From Candidatus Fraserbacteria bacterium (GTDB taxonomy: Bacteria; Bipolaricaulota; Bipolaricaulia; RBG-16-55-9), in the NCBI GenBank assembly GCA_037442925.1, contig JBBIPG010000054.1:1-16107 (forward strand): a stretch of 16,107 nucleotides of DNA, given 5' to 3'. This document shows positions 15,535 to 16,107 of this stretch, piece after piece. The stretch's first letter is position 1, and every line of letters starts with the position of its first letter. Under the pieces are notes generated by a model. It was not told the origin of the DNA. It was given only the letters and a program-made list of their open reading frames with translations, and did not search any database. A program made the translations under genes and the position numbers.

Positions 15535-15536
15535 TC

Positions 15537-16107
15537 GTGGCGAGCATTGCCGGCTTTGGGGTCTATCTGCCCCGCTACCGCATCAAAGCGGAAGAGATCC
15601 AGCGCGCCTGGGGACGTTCAGGAGGCCGGGGTGAGAAGGGCGTGGTCGCTCGTGACGAAGATGTGCTCACCATGGGCGTCAAAGCCGCTCAAGCGGCGCT
15701 CGCGCAGGCGAATCTCGATGGCCCAAAATTGGGAGCGATCTATTTTGCAAGCGTCTCCAGTGGTTATGCCGAGAATGCCTTGGCGGCGCAGCTGGCCCAC
15801 TTTCTCGGGGCAAGCCCCCATGTGACCGTGGCCGATCTTGGGCTCTCAACGCGTTCGGTCACTTCGGCTCTTGAGGTTTGTGTGGATGCGATCGTATCGG
15901 GTCGCATAGAGTGTGGCTTGGTTGTGGCCAGTGACAAACTGGTCGCCAAGCCCGGCTCGGATTATGAACTAAGCTATGGGGCGGGTGCCGGGGCTGTTGT
16001 GCTGGGCCAAGAGGGATTTGCGCGTATCGAGAGCTTTGCCTCGTACACGAGCGGCTTTGTCGGACGCTCTCGCGCTGAGGGTGGGTTTCATGGCCCTGTA
16101 GACGAGC
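15537..16107 (+). CDS. HMG-CoA synthase-like (thiolase-fold) protein, 3' end outside the window, catalytic Cys absent
   Basis: Not in the ORF track; translated by hand from GTG 15537 (GGAG RBS): MASIAGFGVYLPRYRIKAEEI...EKGVVARDEDVLTMGVKAA...IYFASVS...DLGLSTRSVTSAL...GLVVASD...YGAGAGAVVLG. The frame stays open to the window edge. Confidence 0.85.
   Translation, partial: MASIAGFGVYLPRYRIKAEEIQRAWGRSGGRGEKGVVARDEDVLTMGVKAAQAALAQANLDGPKLGAIYFASVSSGYAENALAAQLAHFLGASPHVTVADLGLSTRSVTSALEVCVDAIVSGRIECGLVVASDKLVAKPGSDYELSYGAGAGAVVLGQEGFARIESFASYTSGFVGRSRAEGGFHGPVDE

Overview
Moderately GC-rich bacterial chromosomal window. The secreted-protein families resemble Bipolaricaulota/Acetothermia-like lineages, but this is an inference only. 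From left to right it holds: an AbrB/MazE-type antitoxin followed by an internally deleted RelE/ParE-like toxin remnant; two divergently transcribed secreted hypothetical proteins; an Opp/Dpp-type ABC transporter cluster (binding protein and two permeases, no ATPase here); on the minus strand, a 1465-aa adhesin and a beta-rich, Phe-terminated envelope protein; then proC, an amidohydrolase_2 gene and the 5' part of an HMG-CoA-synthase-like gene that lacks the catalytic Cys. The highlight is a well-formed c-di-GMP-I (GEMM) riboswitch with an apparent translational ON expression platform. It sits in the leader of the giant adhesin (GEVED domain, 11 Ig/cadherin-like repeats, TSP3-like motif), whose C-terminal domain resembles Bacillus TapA, the TasA fibre anchoring protein. 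No tasA or sipW gene lies next to it. This is a candidate undescribed c-di-GMP-controlled biofilm/adhesion module. All calls were made by eye; no searches were run.
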